IMG/VR virus record: IMGVR_UViG_2541047905_000010
Length of the DNA: 37,360 nt
DNA from: a virus
Taxonomy: Duplodnaviria; Heunggongvirae; Uroviricota; Caudoviricetes
Direction: 5' to 3' (one strand)
Shown: piece after piece, positions 1-8,164 of the stretch
Position numbering within the stretch: position 1 is the stretch's first letter
Layout of the letters: every line of letters begins with the position of its first letter
Position numbers and translations under genes: made by a program
The notes under the pieces: model-generated
Database searches by the model: none
Told to the model about the DNA's origin: nothing
The model's input: the letters and a program-made list of their open reading frames with translations, nothing else

Positions 1-39
1 AGGTTGCTCCGGGCTATGAAATAGAAAAATGAATCCGTT

Positions 40-134
40 GAAGCCTGCTTTTTTATACTAAGTTGGCATTATAAAAAAGCATTGCTTATCAATTTGTTGC
101 AACGAACAGGTCACTATCAGTCAAAATAAAATCA
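40..134. other. attL: attL (host B arm - 15-bp core - phage P' arm); core GCTTTTTTATACTAA at 47-61
   Basis: Sequence gttgaagcctGCTTTTTTATACTAAgttggcattataaaaaagcattgcttatcaatttgttgcaacgaacaggtcactatcagtcaaaataaaatc matches the lambda att core and P' arm from memory; bases 1-46 are not phage-like; int lies immediately adjacent. Confidence 0.85.
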
Positions 135-1205
135 TTATTTGATTTCAATTTTGTCCCACTCCCTGCCTCTGTCATCACGATACTGTGATGCCATGGTGTC
201 CGACTTATGCCCGAGAAGATGTTGAGCAAACTTATCGCTTATCTGCTTCTCATAGAGTCTTGCAGACAAACTGCGCAACTCGTGAAAGGTAGGCGGATCC
301 CCTTCGAAGGAAAGACCTGATGCTTTTCGTGCGCGCATAAAATACCTTGATACTGTGCCGGATGAAAGCGGTTCGCGACGAGTAGATGCAATTATGGTTT
401 CTCCGCCAAGAATCTCTTTGCATTTATCAAGTGTTTCCTTCATTGATATTCCGAGAGCATCAACATGCAATGCTGTTGGGATGGCAATTTTTACGCCTGT
501 TTTGCTTTGCTCGACATAAAGATATCCATCTACGATATCAGACCACTTCATTTCGCATAAATCACCAACTCGTTGCCCGGTAACAACAGCCAGTTCCATT
601 GCAAGTCTGAGCCAACATGGTGATGATTCTGCTGCTTGATAAATTTTCAGGTATTCGTCAGCCGTAAGTCTTGATCTCCTTACCTCTGATTTTGCTGCGC
701 GAGTGGCAGCGACAGGGTTTGTTGTTATATGGCCTTCAGCTATTGCCTCTCGGAATGCATCGCTCAGTGTTGATCTGATTAACTTGGCTGACGCCGCCTT
801 GCCCTCGTCTATGTATCCATTGAGCATTGCCGCAATTTCTTTTGTGGTGATGTCTTCAAGTGGAGCATCAGGCAGACCCCTCCTTATTGCTTTAATTTTG
901 CTCATGTAATTTATGAGTGTCTTCTGCTTGATTCCTCTGCTGGCCAGGATTTTTTCGTAGCGATCAAGCCATGAATGTAACGTAACGGAATTATCACTGT
1001 TGATTCTCGCTGTCAGAGGCTTGTGTTTGTGTCCTGAAAATAACTCAATGTTGGCCTGTATAGCTTCAGTGATTGCGATTCGCCTGTCTCGGCCTAATCC
1101 AAACTCTTTACCCGTCCTTGGGTCCCTGTAGCAGTAATATCCATTGTTTCTTATATAAAGGTTAGGGGGTAAATCCCGGCGCTCATGACTTCGCCTTCTT
1201 CCCAT
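135..1205 (-). CDS. int: Tyrosine integrase (lambda Int, 356 aa)
   Basis: 356-aa ORF; C-terminal HxxR...Y catalytic region (HELRSLSARLY, LLGHKSDTMASQYRDDRG) typical of lambda Int; sits next to the att core. Confidence 0.97.
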   Translation of the reverse strand: MGRRRSHERRDLPPNLYIRNNGYYCYRDPRTGKEFGLGRDRRIAITEAIQANIELFSGHKHKPLTARINSDNSVTLHSWLDRYEKILASRGIKQKTLINYMSKIKAIRRGLPDAPLEDITTKEIAAMLNGYIDEGKAASAKLIRSTLSDAFREAIAEGHITTNPVAATRAAKSEVRRSRLTADEYLKIYQAAESSPCWLRLAMELAVVTGQRVGDLCEMKWSDIVDGYLYVEQSKTGVKIAIPTALHVDALGISMKETLDKCKEILGGETIIASTRREPLSSGTVSRYFMRARKASGLSFEGDPPTFHELRSLSARLYEKQISDKFAQHLLGHKSDTMASQYRDDRGREWDKIEIK

Positions 1206-1401
1206 TTCTGATCCTCTTCAAAAGGCTACCTGTTACTGGTCGATTTAAGTCAACCTTTACCGCTGATTCGTGGAACAGATATTCTCTTCCATCCTTAACC
1301 GGAGGAGGGAATATCCTGCATTCGCGCACCCATCGACGAATTGTTTCAAGGCTTCTTGGGCGTCGCTGGCGAGCGTTCCACTCCTGAAGTGTCAAGTACA
1401 T
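1183..1401 (-). CDS. xis: Excisionase (lambda Xis, 72 aa)
   Basis: 72-aa ORF MYLTLQEWNARQRRPRSLETIRRWVRE... overlapping the int start; classic int-xis overlap. Confidence 0.95.
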   Translation of the reverse strand: MYLTLQEWNARQRRPRSLETIRRWVRECRIFPPPVKDGREYLFHESAVKVDLNRPVTGSLLKRIRNGKKAKS

Positions 1402-1426
1402 CGCAAAGTCTCCGCAATTACACGCA

Positions 1427-1451
1427 AGAAAAAACCGCCATCAGGCGGCTT
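1427..1451 (-). terminator. Intrinsic terminator for leftward transcription upstream of xis
   Basis: Minus-strand RNA gives hairpin GCCGCC-UGAU-GGCGGC followed by a U-run (plus strand aaaaaaccgccatcaggcggctt). Confidence 0.55.
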
Positions 1452-1956
1452 GGTGTTCTTTCAGTTCTTCAATTCGAATATTGGTTACGTCTGCATGTGC
1501 TATCTGCGCCCACAGCATCCAGTGGTTATAGCAGTCGCTGATGTTCTCGGCTTCGATAACTCTGTTGAATGGTTCTCCATTCCATTCACCTGTAACTCGG
1601 AAGTGCATTTATCATCGCCATAAAACAAAACTCGCCGTAGCGAGTTCAGATAAAAGAAAACCCGCACTCGGCGGGTTCGCATTCGTTCAAATTGCGTTTA
1701 CTTCTTGGCGTTCTGTTCATCCATATCGATATACCATGGGTTGCTTCCCTTGGGCATGTTTAACGACTGCTCGCGATAGTATCTGATGCGCTCCATGAAA
1801 TACTCGCGTGAGTGCTCAGGTTGCTCTCATGATACCTGCTCAGTGATAACAGGTATGTTAAGGCGCTCTCTGTACTCCATGCCTGATGCTGCAAGGTCAA
1901 CGTTTACCTTGTTCTGTTTTTCTTTCGATTTCTCGGCGATGTTATGCCTGACATTG

Positions 1957-2241
1957 TCAACCCGCCTCCTTCTGAACATAACGGTTATAAATCAGTCCCT
2001 GAGGGCCATAAGGAAGCGGGATGTGCAACTCCTCTGGTTCAGAAACTATCCATTCCCCGGCCATCTCCGCTGGAGAGGTAATGATAAGTTGTTTGCTAAT
2101 AAAAGGACCACTCCTCTCAACAACAAGCTTACCATCTTCATTAATAAAAGCTTGGATGTCAGGTGTGCTTCCACACTTGGTGATGCAGCGTTTGAACATT
2201 TTGTGTCCCCCCATTTTATGGACGGGGTAATTATAACACAT
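1957..2241 (-). CDS. Hypothetical early-left protein, Ea8.5-like by position
   Basis: 94-aa minus-strand ORF in the slot between xis and the ea22-like region; cysteine-containing N-terminus. Assignment is positional only. Confidence 0.4.
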   Translation of the reverse strand: MCYNYPVHKMGGHKMFKRCITKCGSTPDIQAFINEDGKLVVERSGPFISKQLIITSPAEMAGEWIVSEPEELHIPLPYGPQGLIYNRYVQKEAG

Positions 2242-2325
2242 TGAAATATAGTAATATTTGACGTAGATTTCTTTTGATCTATAAGCGATTTTTTAATGCT
2301 TTTAAGTTATAAATACTTGTTTTCA

Positions 2326-2901
2326 TCACCCATCTTGCTGCGGTGCTACTATTGAAAAGTACTCACACCCTTTAGCCCAAATAGTTTTGATAGTTGTCCA
2401 ACTGACTGGAACCTTGATTTCGATTCTTCCGCTGCCGTCACAAGTTTCGCAATCATCATCACCAAAGCATTCCGGGCAGCTTATAAACGTAGTTTCTGAA
2501 AATTCACCGGATAGCACACCCTTAGCGCCGTTCTCAGCGGTTAGTTTCTTCGGCACTATAACCCAACCATCCGGAGTTACCGGAGAATTGCCATTTATAT
2601 CGAAGTTTGGCTCTGCGTCCTGAACCAGGAGGATGTAACCATTCTTGGCAGTATCAAGTTCTAACGCCTCGGTGACGGTACCGAAATAGCGATTACCTAA
2701 ATCCGCATCACAAGTGCTTACATCAATGGAAACCTCCATGCCTTCGATTAATTCTGGCAAGTTGTAAGTTTGGCTTACAGGTTCTGCTCCCAGTGATGCC
2801 AGTGCAATTCGTGCCAGTTCCATTTGTTCGCCACGAGTAAGCCCGTTTTCAAGCGGATTTTTAATGAACAATTCAATACGTTCTTTGGTAATAGTGGTCA
2901 T
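2326..2901 (-). CDS. Hypothetical protein with C-terminal CxxC...CxxC zinc-ribbon motif
   Basis: 191-aa ORF; AAGGA ribosome-binding site 8 nt upstream of ATG; motif CPECFGDDDCETCDGSG; tightly packed with the upstream gene. Confidence 0.6.
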   Translation of the reverse strand: MTTITKERIELFIKNPLENGLTRGEQMELARIALASLGAEPVSQTYNLPELIEGMEVSIDVSTCDADLGNRYFGTVTEALELDTAKNGYILLVQDAEPNFDINGNSPVTPDGWVIVPKKLTAENGAKGVLSGEFSETTFISCPECFGDDDCETCDGSGRIEIKVPVSWTTIKTIWAKGCEYFSIVAPQQDG

Positions 2902-2911
2902 TTGTTAGTCC

Positions 2912-3667
2912 TTAAACTGCTAGTTGCAATTGCATTTCAAAGCGGTCGCGTTGTTCACAATACGCAAGAGAACCAGGGCTATTGTGTGCCTCAATCCGTT
3001 CTACCATTAATGCTGCGCGTGTCTCTTTACTTGCAGGTGCATAAGCCCCAGACCAGGCTTTATCAATACCGATGTTTCGAGCGACGTTCGTACTATCTGC
3101 GCTGGCTAAGGGTAATTTTGTGAATATCAGCGGATTTAACATGCGCAATCCATGTAGTTTCGTAACCAGCTGACCATGCCCATCAACAATGTGACGAATC
3201 AGGTCTTTCATTCTGGCTACCGCAAGAGTTGGGCGCTTTACGTCATAGTCGCCACAACTACCGATAGCCACTCGCGGAAACTCATTGCACAAATGAATAA
3301 ATCGCTCGTCACTTTCATTCATGTGCCACACTGGAACGCCAGCTAGTTTTCCGTGAGGCCACTCATTCAGAAGCGCATCATTTTCCTCCTCTCCGCCATC
3401 AATAACATCCGGGATAATGGCAAAATCGAATCTTGGGTGATTCTTCCAGCGAGCAACAAACTCGTAGTAATCGCTCCAGTCGATTTTGTTTTTGCCAGCT
3501 GCTTTCCAGGCGGTGAATGCACCGTTGTCCAGCGCGAACGACTGACAGTATTCAGCCGCGAGATTGATCTGGCCTGAATGCGCAAAACTGATAAACGCAT
3601 GTCGCCCTTTCCATGCTCTCATTGCGCACGTATCAGGAGTAATAGGCCCACCGTGGTAGTGAATCAT
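2912..3667 (-). CDS. Hypothetical protein (251 aa from the second Met; the track ORF extends to 3709)
   Basis: AAGGAGAG ribosome-binding site 6 nt upstream of the ATG at 3667, placed 1 nt after the upstream gene's stop codon; no family recognised by eye. Confidence 0.55.
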   Translation of the reverse strand: MIHYHGGPITPDTCAMRAWKGRHAFISFAHSGQINLAAEYCQSFALDNGAFTAWKAAGKNKIDWSDYYEFVARWKNHPRFDFAIIPDVIDGGEEENDALLNEWPHGKLAGVPVWHMNESDERFIHLCNEFPRVAIGSCGDYDVKRPTLAVARMKDLIRHIVDGHGQLVTKLHGLRMLNPLIFTKLPLASADSTNVARNIGIDKAWSGAYAPASKETRAALMVERIEAHNSPGSLAYCEQRDRFEMQLQLAV

Positions 3668-3668
3668 C

Positions 3669-4076
3669 TCACTCTCCTTTGATGCGAATGCCAGTAGCGC
3701 GGATTGCATCGATGACTTCAGAAACTTTGTATGCCATTACCGTTTGGTAATCATCGTGAAAATCTGTTCGATGAAGCATGCTGCTACGTTCCGGGAGCAG
3801 TATTTCCCGCGCTTCCAGTTCTGCAATGCGCTTTTTTGCTGCTTCCAGTTCATCCAGTAATTCCAGCACGGTAGCCGGATTAGCCTTGGCAACAAAATCC
3901 CGGACTGGCTTACAATCAATCTCCGCAATGGGTTGATACGATGTGTAGCCATGCTGTCTTGTATAACTACCGTGACGAATAACGAAAAAATCACCATTTA
4001 TTTTTTTAGCCTGCCACTTATCTTCACCGGCTTTCTCTGCCGCTTCACGCAGTGCCTGAGAGTTAATTTCGCTCAC
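3669..4076 (-). CDS. Ead/Ea22-like protein
   Basis: 135-aa ORF with a coiled-coil segment (LLDELEAAKKRIAELEAREI) characteristic of Ead/Ea22-like proteins in lambdoid early-left operons. Confidence 0.55.
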   Translation of the reverse strand: MSEINSQALREAAEKAGEDKWQAKKINGDFFVIRHGSYTRQHGYTSYQPIAEIDCKPVRDFVAKANPATVLELLDELEAAKKRIAELEAREILLPERSSMLHRTDFHDDYQTVMAYKVSEVIDAIRATGIRIKGE

Positions 4077-4294
4077 GTCGAACCTCTCTGTTTACTGATA
4101 AGCTCCAGATCTTGCTGGCAACTGGCACAAGTCCGACAACCCTGAACGGCCAGTCGTCTTCGTTCATCTATCGGATCGCCACACTCACAACAATGAGTGG
4201 CAGATATAGCCTGGTGGTTCAGGCGGCGCATTTTTATTGCTGTGTTGCGCTGTAATTCTTCAATTTCTGATGCTGAATCAATTATGTCTGCCAT
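4073..4294 (-). CDS. DksA/TraR-family C4 zinc-finger protein (lambda Orf73-like)
   Basis: 73-aa ORF with CCECGDPIDERRRLAVQGCRTCASCQ, the four-cysteine finger of the TraR/DksA family. Confidence 0.75.
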   Translation of the reverse strand: MADIIDSASEIEELQRNTAIKMRRLNHQAISATHCCECGDPIDERRRLAVQGCRTCASCQQDLELISKQRGST

Positions 4295-4392
4295 CTTTCA
4301 TTAATCCCTGAATTGTTGGTTAATACGCTTGAGGGTGAATGCGAATAATAAAAAAGGAGCCTGTAGCTCCCTGATGATTTTGCTTTTCATGT

Positions 4393-4608
4393 TCACCGTT
4401 CCTTAAAGACGCCGTTCAACATGCCGATCGCCAGGCTTAAATGAGTCGGTGTGAATCCCATCAGCGTTACCGTTTCGCGGTGCTTCTTTAGTACGCTACG
4501 GCAAATGTCATCGACGTTTTTATCCGGAAACTGCTGTCTGGCTTTTTTGATTTCAGAATTAGCCTGACGGGCAATGCTGCGAAGGGCGTTTTCTTGCTGA
4601 GGTGTCAT
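4393..4608 (-). CDS. Hypothetical small protein (71 aa from the internal Met)
   Basis: Minus-strand ORF in the early-left operon; start chosen at MTPQQENALR. Confidence 0.45.
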   Translation of the reverse strand: MTPQQENALRSIARQANSEIKKARQQFPDKNVDDICRSVLKKHRETVTLMGFTPTHLSLAIGMLNGVFKER

Positions 4609-4684
4609 TGAACAAGCCCCATGTCGGCAAGCATAAGCACACAGAATATGAAGCCCGCTGCCAGAAAAATGCATTCAGTGGTTG

Positions 4685-4876
4685 TCATACCTGGTCTCTC
4701 TCATCTGCTTCTGCTTTCGCCACCATCATTTCCAGCTTTTGTGAAAGGGATGCGGCTAACGTATGAAATTCTTCGTCTGTTTCTACTGATATTGGCACAA
4801 ACCTGACTCCAATTTGAGCGAGGCTATGTGCCATCTCGATACTCGTTCTTAACTCAACGGGAGATGCTTTGTGCAT
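4685..4876 (-). CDS. Hypothetical small protein (lambda orf63-like position)
   Basis: 63-aa ORF immediately upstream (in the leftward operon) of the exo-proximal small ORF. Confidence 0.45.
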   Translation of the reverse strand: MHKASPVELRTSIEMAHSLAQIGVRFVPISVETDEEFHTLAASLSQKLEMMVAKAEADERDQV

Positions 4877-5037
4877 ACAGCTCCCCGTTTATTATTTATC
4901 TCCTCAGCCAGCCGCTGTGCTTTCAGGGGATTTCTGATAACAGAAAGGCCGGGAAATACCCAGCCTCGCTTTGTAATGGAGTAGACGAAAGTGATCGCGC
5001 CCACCCGGATATTATCGTGAGGATGCGTCATCGCCAT
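4849..5037 (-). CDS. Hypothetical small protein (lambda orf60a-like position)
   Basis: 62-aa ORF overlapping the exo start region; positional assignment. Confidence 0.35.
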   Translation of the reverse strand: MAMTHPHDNIRVGAITFVYSITKRGWVFPGLSVIRNPLKAQRLAEEINNKRGAVCTKHLPLS

Positions 5038-5708
5038 TGCTCCCCAAATACAAAACCAATTTCAGCCAGTGCCTCGTCCATTTTTTCGATGAACTCCGGC
5101 ACCATCTCGTCAAAACTCGCCATGTACTTTTCATCCCGCTCAACCACGACATAATGCAGGCCTTCACGCTTCATACGCGGGTCATAGTTGGCAAAGTACC
5201 AGGCATCTTTTCGCGTCACCCACATGCTGTACTGCACCTGGGCCATGTAAGCCGACTTTATGGCCTCGAAACCACCGAGCCGGAACTTCATGAAATCCCG
5301 GGAGGTAAACGGGCATTTCAGCTCAAGGCCATTGCCGTCACTGCATAAACCATCGGGAGAGCAGGCGGTACGCATACTTTCGTCGCGATAGATGATCGGG
5401 GATTCAGTAACATTCACGCCGGAAGTGAATTCAAACAGAGTTCTGGCGTCGTTCTCGTACTGTTTTCCCCATGCCAGCGCCTTAGCATTAACTTCCGGAG
5501 CCACACCGGTGCAAACCTCAGCCAGCAGGGTGTGGAAGTAGGACATTTTCATGTCAGGCCACTTTTTTCCGGAGCGGGGTTTTGCTATCACATTGTGAAC
5601 TTCTGAAGCGGTGATGACGCCGAGCCGTAATTTGTGCCACGCATCATCCCCCTGTTCGACAGCTCTCACGTCGATTCCGGTACGCTGCAGGATAATGTCC
5701 GGTGTCAT
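5028..5708 (-). CDS. exo: Lambda exonuclease (Red-alpha, 226 aa)
   Basis: 226-aa ORF matching lambda Exo from memory ([40 protein letters not shown]...). Confidence 0.97.
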   Translation of the reverse strand: MTPDIILQRTGIDVRAVEQGDDAWHKLRLGVITASEVHNVIAKPRSGKKWPDMKMSYFHTLLAEVCTGVAPEVNAKALAWGKQYENDARTLFEFTSGVNVTESPIIYRDESMRTACSPDGLCSDGNGLELKCPFTSRDFMKFRLGGFEAIKSAYMAQVQYSMWVTRKDAWYFANYDPRMKREGLHYVVVERDEKYMASFDEMVPEFIEKMDEALAEIGFVFGEQWR

Positions 5709-6490
5709 GCAGCCACCTTCTGCTCAGTGGCTTTCTGTTTCAGGAATCCAAGAGCTTTCACTGCTTCGGCCTGTGTCAGTTCTGACGATGCGCGAATGTC
5801 GCGGCGAAATATCTGGGAACAGAGCGGCAATAAGTCGTCATCCCATGTTTTATCCAGGGCAATCAGCAGAGTGTTAATCTCCTGCATGGTTTCATCGTTA
5901 ACCGGAGTGATGTCGCGTTCCGGCTGACGTTCTGCAGTGTATGCGGTATTTTCGACAATGCGCTCGGCTTCATCCTTGTCATAGATACCCGCAAATCCGA
6001 AGGCCAGACGGGCACACTGAATCATGGCTTTATGCCGTAACATCCGTTTGGGATGCGACTGCCACGGCCCCGTAATTTCTCTGCCTTCGCGGGTTTTGAA
6101 TGGTTCGCGGCGGCATTCATCCATCCACTCGGTAACGCAGATCGGATGATTACGGTCCTTGCGGTAAATCCGGCATGTACAGGATTCATTGTCCTGCTCA
6201 AAGTCCATGCCATCAAACTGCTGGTTTTCATTGATGATGCGGGACCAGCCATCAACGCCCACCACCGGAACGATGCCATTCTGCTTATCAGGAAAGGTGT
6301 AAATTTCTTTCGTCCACGGATTAAGGCCGTACTGGTTGGCAACGATCAGTAATGCGATGAACTGCGCATCGCTGGCATCACCTTTAAATGCCGTCTGGCG
6401 AAGAGTGGTGATCAGTTCCTGTGGGTCGACAGAATCCATGCCGACACGTTCAGCCAGCTTCCCAGCCAGCGTTGCGAGTGCTGTACTCAT
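5705..6490 (-). CDS. bet: Beta single-strand annealing protein (Red-beta, 261 aa)
   Basis: 261-aa [62 protein letters not shown]...; overlaps the exo start. Confidence 0.97.
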   Translation of the reverse strand: MSTALATLAGKLAERVGMDSVDPQELITTLRQTAFKGDASDAQFIALLIVANQYGLNPWTKEIYTFPDKQNGIVPVVGVDGWSRIINENQQFDGMDFEQDNESCTCRIYRKDRNHPICVTEWMDECRREPFKTREGREITGPWQSHPKRMLRHKAMIQCARLAFGFAGIYDKDEAERIVENTAYTAERQPERDITPVNDETMQEINTLLIALDKTWDDDLLPLCSQIFRRDIRASSELTQAEAVKALGFLKQKATEQKVAA

Positions 6491-6495
6491 CCGTT

Positions 6496-6792
6496 TTATA
6501 CCTCTGAATCAATATCAACCTGGTGGTGAGCAATGGTTTCAACCATGTACCGGATGTGTTCTGCCATGCGCTCCTGAAACTCAACATCGTCATCAAACGC
6601 ACGGGTAATGGCTTTTTTGCTGGCCCCGTGGCGTTGCAAATGATCGATGCATAGCGATTCAAACAGGTGCTGGGGCAGGCCTTTTTCCATGTCGTCTGCC
6701 AGTTCTGCCTCTTTCTCTTCACGGGCGATCTGCTGGTAGTGACGCGCCCAGCTCTGAGCCTCAAGACGATCCTGAATGTAATAAGCGTTCAT
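6496..6792 (-). CDS. gam: Gam, RecBCD inhibitor, short form only (98 aa)
   Basis: [21 protein letters not shown]...[10 protein letters not shown]; the reading frame upstream of this Met has an in-frame stop and no start codon. Confidence 0.9.
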   Translation of the reverse strand: MNAYYIQDRLEAQSWARHYQQIAREEKEAELADDMEKGLPQHLFESLCIDHLQRHGASKKAITRAFDDDVEFQERMAEHIRYMVETIAHHQVDIDSEV

Positions 6793-6867
6793 GGCTGAAC
6801 TCCTGAAAATGGCTGTGAAAATATCGCCCGCGAAATGCCAGGCTGATTAGGAAAACAGGAAAGGGGA

Positions 6868-7158
6868 TTAGCGATTCAGGCCGTTACCGCGTCCGTCGAG
6901 AAAAACTTCCACGAGCAAATCACGGGTATAAGTGCGCTCGATGCCGCGATGCAGATAAAGCCGTCCGCGTAAATTAGCTGATGCAGTCCAGGTACCATCT
7001 TTGTGTTTGACCAGCATTCCTGGCATGACCGCACCTCGATTAACGGTCTGCGTTCCGTAATGTTGATGAACCATAAAAACTCCTGCCCGTAAGCTGGGCT
7101 GCTGAACATATAGAGACTTCTGCGCGTATTCAGGCGGTGGATGGCCGCCGGTTGTCAT
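6868..7158 (-). CDS. Hypothetical protein in the first-gene position of the leftward early operon (96 aa from ATG; track ORF extends to 7278 from TTG with an Arg-rich N-terminus)
   Basis: Only substantial minus-strand ORF between the candidate pL/OL and gam; not recognisably N, kil or cIII. Confidence 0.35.
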   Translation of the reverse strand: MTTGGHPPPEYAQKSLYVQQPSLRAGVFMVHQHYGTQTVNRGAVMPGMLVKHKDGTWTASANLRGRLYLHRGIERTYTRDLLVEVFLDGRGNGLNR

Positions 7159-7295
7159 AACTAAGTCGCCTCGTTGAAGCGACTGAGGTATGAAGTGTTG
7201 AGTTGATTTCAGCTGGTCACACCGACGTTCACGCGTCCGCTTCACCCCTCGCACTCCCCGAAGCCTGCTGAAATTCAAACTGCGGATCTAAGCGG

Positions 7296-7347
7296 TCATC
7301 GCAACGGTGAAACAGGTGGTTACCGTATCGTTGTGTCGTTGCGATGA
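7296..7347 (-). promoter_or_regulatory. 11-bp perfect inverted repeat (tcatcgcaacg / cgttgcgatga) with 30-bp spacer, in the leader of the leftward early transcript
   Basis: Read directly from the sequence; no U-tract follows, so it is not an intrinsic terminator. Confidence 0.3.
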
Positions 7348-7363
7348 ATTTATTTAAAACTAT

Positions 7364-7430
7364 AGTTGTTTTATCGTCAACAACAAAAGTTGTTTTGTCG
7401 GTTGTTTTAAATATAACTGGTTGTATTTAG
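7364..7430 (-). promoter_or_regulatory. Candidate OL/pL operator-promoter region
   Basis: gttgtt-N8-aacaac at 7365-7384 has the same half-sites as the palindrome between the repressor and cro-like genes; further GTTGT repeats follow at 7389-7425. Confidence 0.35.
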
Positions 7431-7516
7431 GATGGATTTATTTTGTGACTTGCATCGCATAGCGATAACTGAAGTGAGGTGTGGTGGTTTTTTGGACGGT
7501 ATGAGTTATGAGGGGG

Positions 7517-7546
7517 AGGAAAAGAAAACCCGGCGCGGTTGCCGGG
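7517..7546 (-). terminator. Intrinsic terminator downstream of the lipoprotein gene
   Basis: Minus-strand RNA: CCCGGC-AACCGC-GCCGGG followed by UUUUCUUUUC, 9 nt after the stop codon. Confidence 0.65.
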
Positions 7547-7554
7547 TATGATTA

Positions 7555-7935
7555 TCAGTCAGCCCAACCTGATTTCGAGTTTATTTGGGTTTCTGACATT
7601 GTGTATTTCTTAATCGTGTCATCGTTAAAAAGAATAGTAAGTTCTTTTTTCGTACCGTTCGTTCCATTATGGAATAATCCATAGAATGGAATAAAAGTGG
7701 TGCCATTAACTTTTACTTTTGCAAAGGCGTACTTCCAGATCTCGTTTCCACTGTCAGTATATGAAACAGCATCAGGAGAACCAAAGTAAGATTTAACCTC
7801 ATTCTTGGTTGTTTTACCTTCCTGAAGTTTAGACTGGACACTAATTTCAGTTTCATTTTTGAGTTGCTGGTTGCCTGAAGAAGCACACCCAGCCAATACA
7901 GATGCCATCATGGCAGCGATTAGGATTTTTCTCAT
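7555..7935 (-). CDS. Lipoprotein (signal peptide with LAGC lipobox), BamE/OmlA-like fold suspected; lysogenic-conversion moron
   Basis: MRKILIAAMMASVLAGCASS...; AT-rich codon usage; sits directly downstream of the repressor gene on the same strand and has its own terminator. Confidence 0.8.
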   Translation of the reverse strand: MRKILIAAMMASVLAGCASSGNQQLKNETEISVQSKLQEGKTTKNEVKSYFGSPDAVSYTDSGNEIWKYAFAKVKVNGTTFIPFYGLFHNGTNGTKKELTILFNDDTIKKYTMSETQINSKSGWAD

Positions 7936-8164
7936 TTTATGTTTCCATTCATTATAATCAGAAACATCTTAACATAATGATTCGAAATAAAAACCGCTAC
8001 GAGATAGGGGGACATTTTGCTGACAGTAGCAACAAATCTCAGCTAACAACGAGAATATTTACTGAAATATGCAAACAGATTTGGCGTTCTTATAGAGAAT
8101 TTAGTGCAATATCTAATCCGAGTGGTATAAACCTTAACCTTCGCTCCCTTAAGTCGTAGATAAA

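Noticed and set aside
1-134. sib/tI retroregulation element next to int
   Set aside because: In the prophage state sib is separated from int and lies at attR, which is outside this window; the region downstream of int here is the P' arm and host DNA.
1270-2244. Plus-strand ORFs (1270-1623, 1541-1786, 1786-2244) in the xis/Ea8.5 region
   Set aside because: The early-left operon is transcribed leftward; these overlap xis and the minus-strand Ea8.5-like ORF and lack ribosome-binding sites. The 60-aa minus ORF at 1500-1682 was also left uncalled because it has no clear start context.
6868-7278. N, kil, cIII, ral, sieB homologues
   Set aside because: I looked for them in the N-to-gam interval and found no recognisable match; the interval holds only the unknown 96/136-aa ORF, which is reported as a finding instead.
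7936-8164. rexA/rexB-type exclusion genes or a toxin-antitoxin pair next to the repressor
   Set aside because: Only one gene, the lipoprotein, occupies this slot; no second ORF of meaningful size is present.
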